A stretch of 64,000 nt of DNA, from NCBI GenBank assembly GCA_963795975.1, contig CAWCJT010000009.1, positions 161,409-225,408 of the forward strand, written 5' to 3'. Under the pieces are notes generated by a model, which was given only the letters and a program-made list of their open reading frames with translations, was not told where the DNA came from and did no database searches. The first letter of the stretch is position 1, and each line of letters begins with the position of its first letter. Origin of the DNA: an uncultured Gammaproteobacteria bacterium. GTDB taxonomy: Bacteria; Pseudomonadota; Gammaproteobacteria; Steroidobacterales; Steroidobacteraceae. Shown here piece by piece: positions 1-9,261 of the stretch. The translations under genes were made by a program, and so were the position numbers.

Positions 1-315
1 GATACCCAGCTGGTCGATGACATTCTCGACATGTTCGAGCGCAAGAGCTACGCGATCTTCGAGGCGCAGGTACGCGCGCTGCTCGCCCGCCCGGATGCCT
101 CCGCATTGCTGCCGATGATTCGATGCCCCACGCTCGTGCTGTGTGGCCGCGATGATGCATGGTCGCAGCTGCAGGCACATCGCGAGATGGCGGCGTTGAT
201 ACCCGACAGCACGCTCATCAGCATTCCCGAATGTGGACACATGGCCACCATGGAGCGGCCGCAGCCGGTCGCCCAGGCCATGCGCTCCTGGCTCCAGTCG
301 CTGCACGCCGCATGA
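1..315 (+). CDS. alpha/beta-fold hydrolase, C-terminal fragment (5' end lies outside the window)
   Basis: The frame is open from base 1 to TGA 313-315. The tail ...CPTLVLCGRDDAW...IPECGHMATMERP looks like the Asp and His strands of an alpha/beta hydrolase. The stop overlaps the next ATG (ATGA). Confidence 0.7.
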   Translation, partial: DTQLVDDILDMFERKSYAIFEAQVRALLARPDASALLPMIRCPTLVLCGRDDAWSQLQAHREMAALIPDSTLISIPECGHMATMERPQPVAQAMRSWLQSLHAA

Positions 316-1214
316 GCCTTCGTTTCGCGCGCATCGCGATCATCGGCTTCGGCGAGGCCGGCAGCCTTCTCGGTGAGGATCTCGTGCGCTCTGGGCGGGA
401 TGTCGCGACCTACGACCTTCTCCTCGGCGATGCGCGAGGACGGCAAGAGCTGCTCGAGCGGGCAGAGCGCGCCGGGGTGCGCGCCCGTGACAGCACTCCT
501 GCTGCGGTTCGGGATGCAGATCTGGTGATTTCTGCGGTCACCGCCAGCGCCGCCGTCGAGGTGGCCACACTCGCAGCGACCGCGCTGCATCCGGGGCAGA
601 TCTATCTCGACATCAACTCGGTTTCGCCTGCGACCAAACAGCAGGTGGCGTCGAGCATCGAGCGCTCCGGGGCCGATTTCATCGAGGCGGCCGTGATGGC
701 GCCGGTGCCCCCGCAGCGACTCGCGGTTCCCATGCTGCTCGGTGGACGCCGCGCAGGCGAAGTGGCGCAGGCGCTGCGTGCGCTCGGCATGAACTGCACG
801 GCCATCGCCGAACGCATCGGCGTTGCCGCCGCCGTGAAGATGTGCCGCAGCGTGCTCATCAAAGGTCTTGAGGCGTTGACACTGGAGAGTCTGCTCGCCG
901 CGCGCCGTTTCGGCGCCGAGCACGAGGTTCTCGCCTCGCTCCACGCGAGCTACCCTCACATGGGCTGGCAGGGGGCACTGCCGGACTATCTGATCAGCCG
1001 CGTCGCCGAGCACGGGCGCCGCCGCGCCGCAGAGATGCGCGAAGTGGCACGGACACTCGAGGACATTGGCATCGATCCGCTGATGGCGGCGGCAACGGCG
1101 AAGCGACAGGATGCACTCATCGATGCCATGGTCGAAGGCGGCCTCACTTATCCACGCAACCGCAGCTTCTCCTGGCGTGAGCTGGCGGACGCGCTCCATG
1201 AGCCGGAGAAGTGA
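312..1214 (+). CDS. NAD(P)-binding oxidoreductase (6-phosphogluconate-dehydrogenase-like Rossmann N-terminus, DUF1932-type C-terminus)
   Basis: ATG at 312 is in frame with ORF 159..1214. The N-terminus IAIIGFGEAGS is a dinucleotide-binding motif. The reading frame is uninterrupted and tightly packed with its neighbours. Confidence 0.7.
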   Translation: MSLRFARIAIIGFGEAGSLLGEDLVRSGRDVATYDLLLGDARGRQELLERAERAGVRARDSTPAAVRDADLVISAVTASAAVEVATLAATALHPGQIYLDINSVSPATKQQVASSIERSGADFIEAAVMAPVPPQRLAVPMLLGGRRAGEVAQALRALGMNCTAIAERIGVAAAVKMCRSVLIKGLEALTLESLLAARRFGAEHEVLASLHASYPHMGWQGALPDYLISRVAEHGRRRAAEMREVARTLEDIGIDPLMAAATAKRQDALIDAMVEGGLTYPRNRSFSWRELADALHEPEK

Positions 1215-1215
1215 C

Positions 1216-2220
1216 ATGAATGACCTACCGCGAACCATGCGCGCTGTCGAGATTGCTCAACCGGGGCCGCCGAGCGCACTGCGCCTGACGAGCCGGCCCG
1301 TGCCGAACCTGCGCTGCGGGGAGGTGCTGATCCGGGTCAGCGCGGCGGGCGTCAACCGGCCCGATGTGATGCAGCGACAGGGTGCCTATCCGCCGCCTCA
1401 AGGCGCGAGTGATCTTCCAGGCCTCGAAGTGGCCGGCGAGATCGTGCAGGTCGCAAGCGACGTGACGAGTCTGCGCCGGTGCAAAGGTCTGCGCGCTCGT
1501 CGCCGGAGGCGGCTACGCCGAGTTCGTCGCGGCTCCTGCGGTGCAGTGTCTGCCGGTGCCACAGTCGGTGTCGGTCGAGGAGGCAGCCGTGCTGCCCGAG
1601 AATTTTTTCACCGTGTATCTCAACGTCTTCGAGCGTGCCGCGCTGGCAGCTGGCGAGACGCTGCTGGTGCACGGCGGTGCGAGCGGCATCGGCACGACGG
1701 CCATCCTGCTGGCCAAGGCGCATGGCGCGCGGGTGCTGGTCACAGCACGCAGCGCGCGCAAGTGCGAGGCGTGCGTTGCGCTCGGAGCCGACCGCGCGAT
1801 CAACTATCGCGAGGAGGACTTCGTGACGGCGGTCGAGGAGGTGACCGGCGGCGCGGGCGCGAATGTGATTCTCGACATGGTGGCGGGCCCTACGTCACCC
1901 GCAACCTCGCCGCAGCCGCGGTCGAGGGACGCATCGCGCTCATCGCATTACTGGGCGGCGCGCGCGTCGAGCTCGATCTGCGGGTCGTGCTCAGCAAGCG
2001 GCTGCGCATCATGGGCGCAACACTGCGCCCACAATCGATCGAGGCGAAGGGCAGGCTCGCGCGCGCGCTCGAGGCGCACGTGTGGCCATGGTTCGCAGCA
2101 GGGCGCTTGCGCCCGCCGCCGATTTATGCGCGATTTCCGCTCGCGGAAGCGGCCCGTGCGCACGAGCTCATGGAGTCGGACGAGCACATCGGCAAGATCC
2201 TTCTCGAGACGATGCGCTGA
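1216..2220 (+). pseudogene. qor: NAD(P)H:quinone oxidoreductase (zinc-independent MDR/PIG3 type), frameshifted as sequenced
   Basis: The ends (MRAVEIAQPGPP...GVNRPDVMQRQGAYPPP...GLEVAGEIV and ...IMGATLRPQSIEAKG...HIGKILLETMR) lie in the frame of ORF 1111..2220. The cofactor-binding core (VCALVAGGGYAEF...LLVHGGASGIGTTAILLAKAHGARVLVTA) lies in the frame of ORF 1541..2329. The frame changes near 1475 and near 1880. Confidence 0.8.
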
Positions 2221-2229
2221 GCCGGCCGC

Positions 2230-4174
2230 GTTCGCCGCTCGCTCAGGGTCGGGCGGATTGTGCGCGCGCAGAAAGTCGATCGAGCTCTGCAGCATCTGCA
2301 GACGCGTCTCGCTGCGCGACAGCCAGTGATCCTCGTGATTGAGAGGACGAGCTCCACGTCCTTGCCGGCACGGTGCAGCGCGTCGTACATGACATCGCTC
2401 TGCTCGTAGGGCACCACGGTGTCGTCGCGCCCGTGCATCAGAAGAATCGGTACCGTGATCGCCGATCATGTGCTTGATCGGCGAGATGGCATCCAGGAAC
2501 GGATCGGTCGGGCCCGCTCACACCCATGAAGCGATCCCAGTAACGCTGCTCGAGGCTTGTGCGGCGAAGTGCTTGTCATTGACCCATTCGAGCATGCGTT
2601 TCAGATCGGACATGCCTGCGACCGAACGGCACAACGGTAGATCCCGGGCTCGAGCGTGGCGCCTGCAAGCGCCGCGTAGCCGCCGTAGCTGGCACCGACG
2701 ATGCACACGCGTGCCGGATCGACGATCCCCTGCTTGACCAGGTACGCACGCCGTCGGAGAGATCGGTCTGCATCTTGCGTCCCCACTCGCCGAAGCCCGG
2801 CTGGCAGATGGTCGGTGGCCGAGGTCGGAGCCGCGGTAGTTGGGTTGCAGCACGGCATAGCCCTGTGCGGCGAGCGCCTGGGGCCACCAGCCGAAGTCCG
2901 CGGTATCGCCGGCCGCGGGGCCACCGTGCGGCAGTACGACGAGCGGCAGTGCATGCGGCTGTCCGCGCGGCAGCGTCAGTACGCGGGAATAGCAAGGCCA
3001 TCGGCGGCCTTGTAGTTGAGTCGCCGGACCTCGAGCGGCGTGGTGACACCGGCGTAGACATCTCCGACTGGCTCCGCCGTCCCCTTGTCGAGGTCGACGA
3101 GTACGTAGCGGTAGCCGTAAGTGGGCGCCATCGACACGTACGACGACCTTGCGAAAATCCTCGGAGCTCGAAGCGAGCCGTACGCGTGCACCGCCGAACA
3201 CCCGCACGATCGCATCCCATTGACGCTGCATGCCGGCGTCGAAGAACACGTACTGCCACTATCCTCGACGCGCACGCCGCCTACGAGGCATGAGGACAGC
3301 CGGTCCTCGATCGGGGTGGTCAGCGTCTTGCGCTCGTCCATCGGCGGGCCGAGCGTTCCGTCCTTCACGCCAAACAGCCGCCACACTGGATCGCCGCCCT
3401 CGACTGCCTGCACGAGGAGCGTCTCGGGCGTCGGTCCAAAACCGAGCAGCCGCGGGTAGTCGATGGCTTCCACGCCGGCGATCGCCTCATCCAACCGGTT
3501 CCCGCGCCGCACCCGCAAAGCCCAACGCTGATCCTGATCACTGTATTGCTGCTCGGCGGCGATCTCGCCATTCGCATCGATCAGCCAGTACTGTGTGGCT
3601 GCGGTTCCGAGGCGGGTGACGCGCTGGGCGCCCGACTCGAGGTCGACACGAATCAGCGCGGGCAGCGTGCGGCCCTGCACGTACAGACCCTGCAAGAACA
3701 GATACGTATGGCCCGCGATGCGGCGTATGGTGACGCCGCCCGAGATGACGTTCATGAAACGCTCGCCCGTAAGCCGGGAGACATCCGGGAGCGCCACGGT
3801 GCGGTGTCGCATCACATCGTACACCTGCAGCATGTACCACTCGTGCTCGGTTCCAATCATGCCGACGGGAAGGGATGTGGCGGAGGTGACCACCAGCAGA
3901 TGGTCATTGTCAGCCCAGCGGATACTGCGCACCTTCTGCTCACCGACGCGCAGTCCACCGGTGACCTTGCGGCTGCTGAGCGAGAGGACCTCGATCAGGC
4001 GCACATCCTCGGTCGTACGCACGAACGCGATCTGGCTGCCGTCGGGCGAAAGTGAGACCTCTTCCAGGCTGGGGAGCCGACCGTACACTTCAATCGGGAC
4101 GGCGCGGCTCACACTGTGCGCGCGAGCGCGCCTAGCATGAGAAGACAGACACCCAAAGAGCGATTGCGCGACAT
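2230..4174 (-). pseudogene. S9 family (prolyl-oligopeptidase/dipeptidyl-peptidase type) serine peptidase with signal peptide, multiply frameshifted as sequenced
   Basis: The signal peptide MSRNRSLGVCLLMLGALA starts at 4174. The beta-propeller part is ORF 2976..4112. The catalytic part is scattered over three frames: [43 protein letters not shown] (GxSxGG nucleophile), MHGRDDTVVPYEQS (Asp) and EDHWLSRSETR (His). The 3' end is approximate. Confidence 0.8.
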
Positions 4175-4257
4175 GACTGGATGCCTCAATCCAACTTCAG
4201 CTCCGCCGTGACCGAGCTCGCCCTGATCTTGCCGCAGTCCGGCGTGTTCCCGCCGTC

Positions 4258-4287
4258 TTGCACAGGCGCAGGCGCGTGCGCTACGAT
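4258..4287 (+). promoter_or_regulatory. candidate sigma70-type promoter for the histidine-kinase gene
   Basis: TTGCAC (4258-4263), an 18 nt spacer, then TACGAT (4282-4287), about 50 nt upstream of GTG 4335 in the divergent intergenic region. This is a pattern match only. Confidence 0.25.
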
Positions 4288-4334
4288 AGCGCGGCTCAGC
4301 CATCGAGACCGACGATCGCCACGTCCCACTGCCT

Positions 4335-6559
4335 GTGACAATACTGACCAAGTCCATATGGCTGGGTCTGGCGCTCATCCTCGGTGCGACCGGATCGCTG
4401 CTGTGGCTCGAGGTCCATCAGCTCGCGAGCGTCATGCCCGATCTGCGGCGCGACCGGCAGTGGGTCGCTCACACGTTCGCGGTGATCAGAGCCACCCACC
4501 GGCTCGATCAATCCTTGACGAACGCGGAGCGCGCCGAGCGCAATTTCCGTCTGGATGGTCTGGCGGAGGATCTGGAAAGCTACCGGGCAGCCGTCGCACA
4601 GGTTCCGGGCCAGGTCAGCGACTGAAGCAGTCCACGGTCGATAATCCCGCCCAGCAGGTACGGATGACGCAGCTGCGGCGCGAGATCACGGCACGCCTGG
4701 AGCAGTTCCGGGAGAACACCGAAGCGCGCCAGAGCAGCGGCTACGAAGCGGCACGCGCCATCGCGCAATCGAACAATCGGCTTGGCACGCAGCAGCGCAT
4801 CGACGCGCTCATGGACGACATCGTCGAAAACGAGGACAGCCTGCTCGCGGCACGGCTCGCGCGAAGTGCCGAGGACGAGAATCGCGCGCAGCGCAGCGTG
4901 GCTGTGAGCGGCGCGCTGGCTTTGCTCATCGCGGCACTCGGCACGGTACTGCTGCTTCTGAGCCTCGCGCGCTCCAACAAAGCCGAGGCGCAGCGGCGCG
5001 ACACCGAGACCCGCCTGGGCCTCCTCATCAACGCGGTCGCCGATCACGCCATCTACATGCTCGACCGACGGCCGGGTGACGAACTGGAACGCGGGCGCCG
5101 AGCGCATCAAGGGCTACACCGCCGAGGAGATCATCGGTGAGCACTTCTCGCGCTTCTACACCGAGGAGGATCGGCAGAGCGGCGTTCCCCAGCGCGTATT
5201 CATACGCGCCCCGCGAACAGGGCAAGTACGAAGCCGAGGCCTGGCGCGTGCGCAAGGACGGCAGCCGATTCTGGGCGAACGTCGTGGTCGAGCCGGTCCG
5301 GGATCCCCGGGCGGCTGCCGGCTTCGCCAAGATCACGCGCGACATGACCGAGCGTAGGCAGCAGCAGCGCGCTTTCGAGCAGGCGCGTGCGGCGCTCGCC
5401 CAGGCGCAGAAGATGGAGGCGCTCGGCCAGCTGAGCGGAGGCATCGCGCATGACTACAACAATCTGCTGCACGTGATCCGCAACGCCGTCGAAATGCTGC
5501 AGCGGCGCCTGCCGGCAGGATCGAGCAGGAAATGCGATTGCTCGACATGATCAAGCGCAACGCGGATCGCGCCGCGACGTTGACACAGCGGCTGCTCGCG
5601 TTCTCGCGCCGCCAGCCGCTCGAGGCGAAGACCGGTCGACCTCGAACCGGCTGGTCGCAGGGTATGGCCGAGCTGTGCGTCATGCGCTCGGCGAGGCGAT
5701 CGACGCTGCGAGACCGTCCTCGGTGGCCGGCATCTGGACCGTGCTCGTCGATGCGAATCAGCTCGAATCGGCGATCCTCAATCTCGTCGTGAACGCGCGC
5801 GATGCGATGCCCGACGGCGGACGACTCACCATCGAGACCGCCAACGCTATCTCGATGAGGCGTACGCGGCGGCGCACGCGAACTCAGATCGGGCCAGTAT
5901 GTAATGATCGCGGTCAGCGACACCGGCATGGGGATGACGCGAGGAGGTCGCGGCGAAGGCGTTCGATCCCTTCTTCACGACCAAGGACATCGGTAAAGGC
6001 ACGGGACTCGGTTTGTCGCAGGTCTATGGCTTCATCAAGCAGTCCGGCGGCCATGTGAAGATCTACAGCGAGCCGGCCAGGGCACCACTGTCAAGTTGTA
6101 TCTCCCGCGATCCGCGGACTCGGTCGTGGCGGACATCGCGCGATGGCCACTGGCGTCACCCCTGCCACCGCGGCGGCACCGAGGCACGATTCTCGTGGTC
6201 GAGGACGAGGAGGACGTGCGCAGCTTCACGGCGAGGTCCTGCGCGATCTGGGCTATCGGGTGCTCGAGGCGCCCGACGGCGCGACTGCGCTCAAGATGCT
6301 GGGCAGGACGCCGAGCGTCGTTCTGCTCTTCACCGACGTGGGCTTGCCGGGCGGCATGAACGGCCGGCAGCTCGCCGAGGAGGCGGGCCGTCTGCGCTCC
6401 GATTTGAAGGTGATCTTCACGACGGGTTACGCGCGCAACGCGATCGTGCACCACGGCCGTCTGGATCCGGGCGTGGAGCTGCTCACCAAGCCGTTCACCC
6501 AGTCGAGTCTCGCCGGCAAGATCAACCGCGTCCTGAATGAACCGGCAGTCGAGTCGTAG
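4335..6559 (+). pseudogene. hybrid sensor histidine kinase/response regulator (CHASE3-TM-PAS-HisKA-HATPase-REC), multiply frameshifted as sequenced
   Basis: Consecutive domain pieces appear in alternating frames: a TM plus CHASE3-like N-terminus (ORF 4335..4625), PAS (TNWNAGAERIKGYTAEEIIGEHF), HisKA (LGQLSGGIAHDYNNLL), HATPase ([38 protein letters not shown]) and receiver ([26 protein letters not shown]). Confidence 0.8.
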
Positions 6560-7001
6560 ATTTCTTGGTGCGTAGCACGAAGCTCGTGTTCACCGAGCGC
6601 ACTGCACCGCTCTGCAGCACGTGCGTGCTCAGGAAATGCTCATACGCCTCGATGCTCGCTGCCACGATCCGCAGCAGGTAATCGTTCGAGCCACTCATCG
6701 AGTGGCACTCGAGCACCTCGGGCCTCTCGTTCACCAGCTGATCGAACTTGCGAACACTCTCAGGATGATGGTTCTCGAGAGATACCAGCGCATAGGCCAC
6801 GATCGGCAAACCCACCTGCGGGCCATCGAGGAGCGTCGCGTAGCGTGCGATGAAGCCCTCCTGCTCGAGCCGGCGCAGGCGCCGCCAGCACGGTGCGGTG
6901 GAAAGTCCGACCCGCTGCGCGAGCTCCTGATTCGACAGCCGCGCGTTCTCCTGCAGCTCATCGAGAATGCGCCGATCCAGGCGGTCCAGGGTTTTGGGCA
7001 T
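6522..7001 (-). CDS. Lrp/AsnC family transcriptional regulator (BkdR-like by position)
   Basis: [49 protein letters not shown] is an HTH_AsnC domain, followed by an AsnC_trans_reg ligand domain. ATG is at 7001. The gene is divergent from the 2-oxoacid dehydrogenase genes. Confidence 0.85.
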   Translation of the reverse strand: MPKTLDRLDRRILDELQENARLSNQELAQRVGLSTAPCWRRLRRLEQEGFIARYATLLDGPQVGLPIVAYALVSLENHHPESVRKFDQLVNERPEVLECHSMSGSNDYLLRIVAASIEAYEHFLSTHVLQSGAVRSVNTSFVLRTKKSTTRLPVHSGRG

Positions 7002-7046
7002 GTTCGCTCCGAATGTGAGCAAGGATATTGCCCAAATCATGCCAAT

Positions 7047-7076
7047 TCACGCAATCTTGGCAATACCATTGCGTGA
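7047..7076. promoter_or_regulatory. perfect 9-bp inverted repeat (TCACGCAAT-N12-ATTGCGTGA), candidate operator in the lrp/E1 divergent promoter region
   Basis: TCACGCAAT at 7047-7055 and ATTGCGTGA at 7068-7076 were read directly. They lie in the relatively AT-rich gap of about 95 bp between ATG 7001 (minus strand) and ATG 7098 (plus strand). Confidence 0.35.
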
Positions 7077-7097
7077 CGTGCGGCATAGACTGTGCCC

Positions 7098-9248
7098 ATG
7101 CACTCCGCGAAAGGTGGCACGGATCCCGGTTTCGCTGCCCGAGCGGCAGGCAGCGCGCAGGCATCCGCAGGACGCCGTCGACTGGCAGCGGGTGGCCTAT
7201 CTGTGCATGCCTCGCGCACTCTCGATCGGATCGAGGAGTCGCGCCTCGTCCCGCAGCGTCAGGTGCTCTATCAGTTTTCGGCGCGCGGACACGATCTCGC
7301 TCAGGTCACTGCTGGGCTCACAGCTGACCGATCCGCATGACGGCGTCGGCGTCTACTACCGTTCGCGCCCGCTGTTGCTGGCCTCGGCCTTGCGGTCGAG
7401 GAAGCGTCGGCGTCGCCGATGCGCGCGCCGGCTGCTTCAGCGACGGACGCGATATCGGGGTGGTGTTCAACATGCCGCGCAGAAGGCTGTGCGGTGCTGC
7501 CGTGTGCGGCGGCGTCGGCGCGCAGTACACGCCCGCGGCCGGCTGGGCGCAGGCGCTTCGCTATCGCCGCGAGACGCTCAAGGAGCGAGCTACGCGCGCA
7601 GCATCGCCGTCGCGCACGGCGGCGAAGCGTCGGTGGCCACCAACGGATTCTGGTCGGCGCTCACACATCGCGACCACGCTGCGACTGCCGATGCTGTTCT
7701 ACATCGAGGACAACGGCTATCGGCATTTCCGTGCAGTCGCAGCTGCAGACGCCCGGGCGGCAACATCGCCGCCAATCTTGCGGGCTTCCACGGACTGCGC
7801 GTGCTCGATGGCGATGGCACGCGATCCGCAGCAGGCCGCGGCGCTGATCGCGCGAAGCCGTGCGCGGCGTGCGCGAGCGAGCGGGCCGGCGCTGCTGCGA
7901 CTGACGGTGCCGCGTCTGGAAGGACACTCGGTCCAGGACACCCAGACCTACAAGATCCGCCGAGGCGATCGCGCGCGGAGCAGGCGCGCGATCCGCTGCC
8001 GCAGACTGCGCGCTGCAGCTGGTGCCGGCGCAGCTCTCGCGAGGCGGAATGGGACGGACGCTTCGCAGCGCGCAGCGCAGGTCGACGTCGAAGCCGCGGA
8101 TCGAGTCGAGCGGCGCGGCCGACGCCCGACCCGCAGGCGCATTCACGCGCCATGTGTTTTGCGAAATCGGCGCGGACGGTTCGCCGATGCTGCAGCAGCA
8201 GGGCGGCACTGCGCCGCGAGGGACATGCGATGCCCGCGGCCGGCAGCGAGCGCGTCCGAGCCGCAGGGCCGCGCATCAACATGGTCACGGCCATCCGCCG
8301 CACGCTCGAGCAGGAGCTGGCGATCAATCCGCGCCTGCTGGTGTTCGGCGAGGATGTCGGCCGCAAGGGCGGCGTGCAGGCGGCAACGCTGGGACTGCAG
8401 GACAAGTTCGGCGCGCGAGCGGGTGTTCGATACCAGTCTGTCGGAGGAAGGCATCATCGGCCGCGCCGTCGGCATGGCGCTCGCGGGGCTGATGCCGGTG
8501 CCGGAGATCCAGTTCCGCAAGTACGCCGATCCGGCCGCCGAGCAGCTCAACGATTGCGGCACCATGCGCTGGCGCACCAGCAATCGTTTCGCCGCGCCCG
8601 ATCGTCGTGCGCATGCCCGGCGGCTTTTTCAAATGCGGCGATCCCTGGCACAGCCAGACCAACGAAGTGCACTTCGTGCACGCGCTCGGCTGGCGGGTGG
8701 CCGTGCCGTCGAACGCCGAGGATGCGGTGGGACTGCTGCGCAGCGCGCTGCGCGGCAACGACCCGACGATCTTCTTCGAGCATCGCGCGATGCTCGATGG
8801 CGCCTGGGCGCGCCGGCCTTATCCGGGCGACGAGTTCGTCGTGCCGTTCGGCAAGCGCGCAGGCGCGTGCGCGAAGGCAGCGAGCTCACGATCGTGACGC
8901 TGGGGCGCGATGGTCGAGCGCTGCGAGCAGGCGGCGCAACGAGTCGGCGCGTCGATGCTGAGATCCTCGATCTGCGCACGCTGTTGCCCTGGGACCGCGA
9001 CGCCGTGCTCGCATCGGTGCGCAAGACGCACCGCTGCCTCATCGTGCATGAGGACAATCTCACCGCCGGCTTCGGCGCCGAGATCGCCGCGGTCCTGGTC
9101 GCCGAAGGCCTTCCTCGATCTCGATGCGCCGGTGCAGCGGCTGGCGATGCCCGACATTCCCAGCCCGCACAATCCGCATCTGCTCGAGGCCGCGCTGCCG
9201 AGCGTGACGGGAATCATGCGCGCCATCCGCGATCTCGCGAGCTATTGA
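7098..9248 (+). pseudogene. 2-oxoacid (branched-chain type) dehydrogenase E1 component, fused alpha+beta subunits, multiply frameshifted as sequenced
   Basis: Pieces are spread over all three plus frames: HASRTLDRIEESRLVPQRQVLYQFSARGHDLAQV, LLGSQLTDPHDGVGVYYRSRP, LPMLFYIEDNGY, GISVQSQLQTPG, LRLTVPRLEGHSVQDTQTYK, INMVTAIRRTLEQELAINPRLLVFGEDVG, RVFDTSLSEEGIIGRAVGMALAGLMPVPEIQF, DPWHSQTNEVHFVHALGWRVAVPSNAEDAVGLLR, LDLRTLLPWDRDAVL and MPDIPSPHNPHLLEAALPS. The start is uncertain (ATG 7098 or GTG 7114). Confidence 0.8.
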
Positions 9249-9261
9249 AAGCGATGCAGGC

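Noticed and set aside
48-1238. The 396-codon minus-strand ORF at the start of the window. Similar cases are 18361..19323 (-), 19482..20558 (+) and 44296..45375 (-).
   Set aside because: These are antisense shadow ORFs over the hydrolase/oxidoreductase genes, the secreted hydrolase, the FNR, and the ygjP/kynA genes. They show no motifs and have Arg-rich composition.
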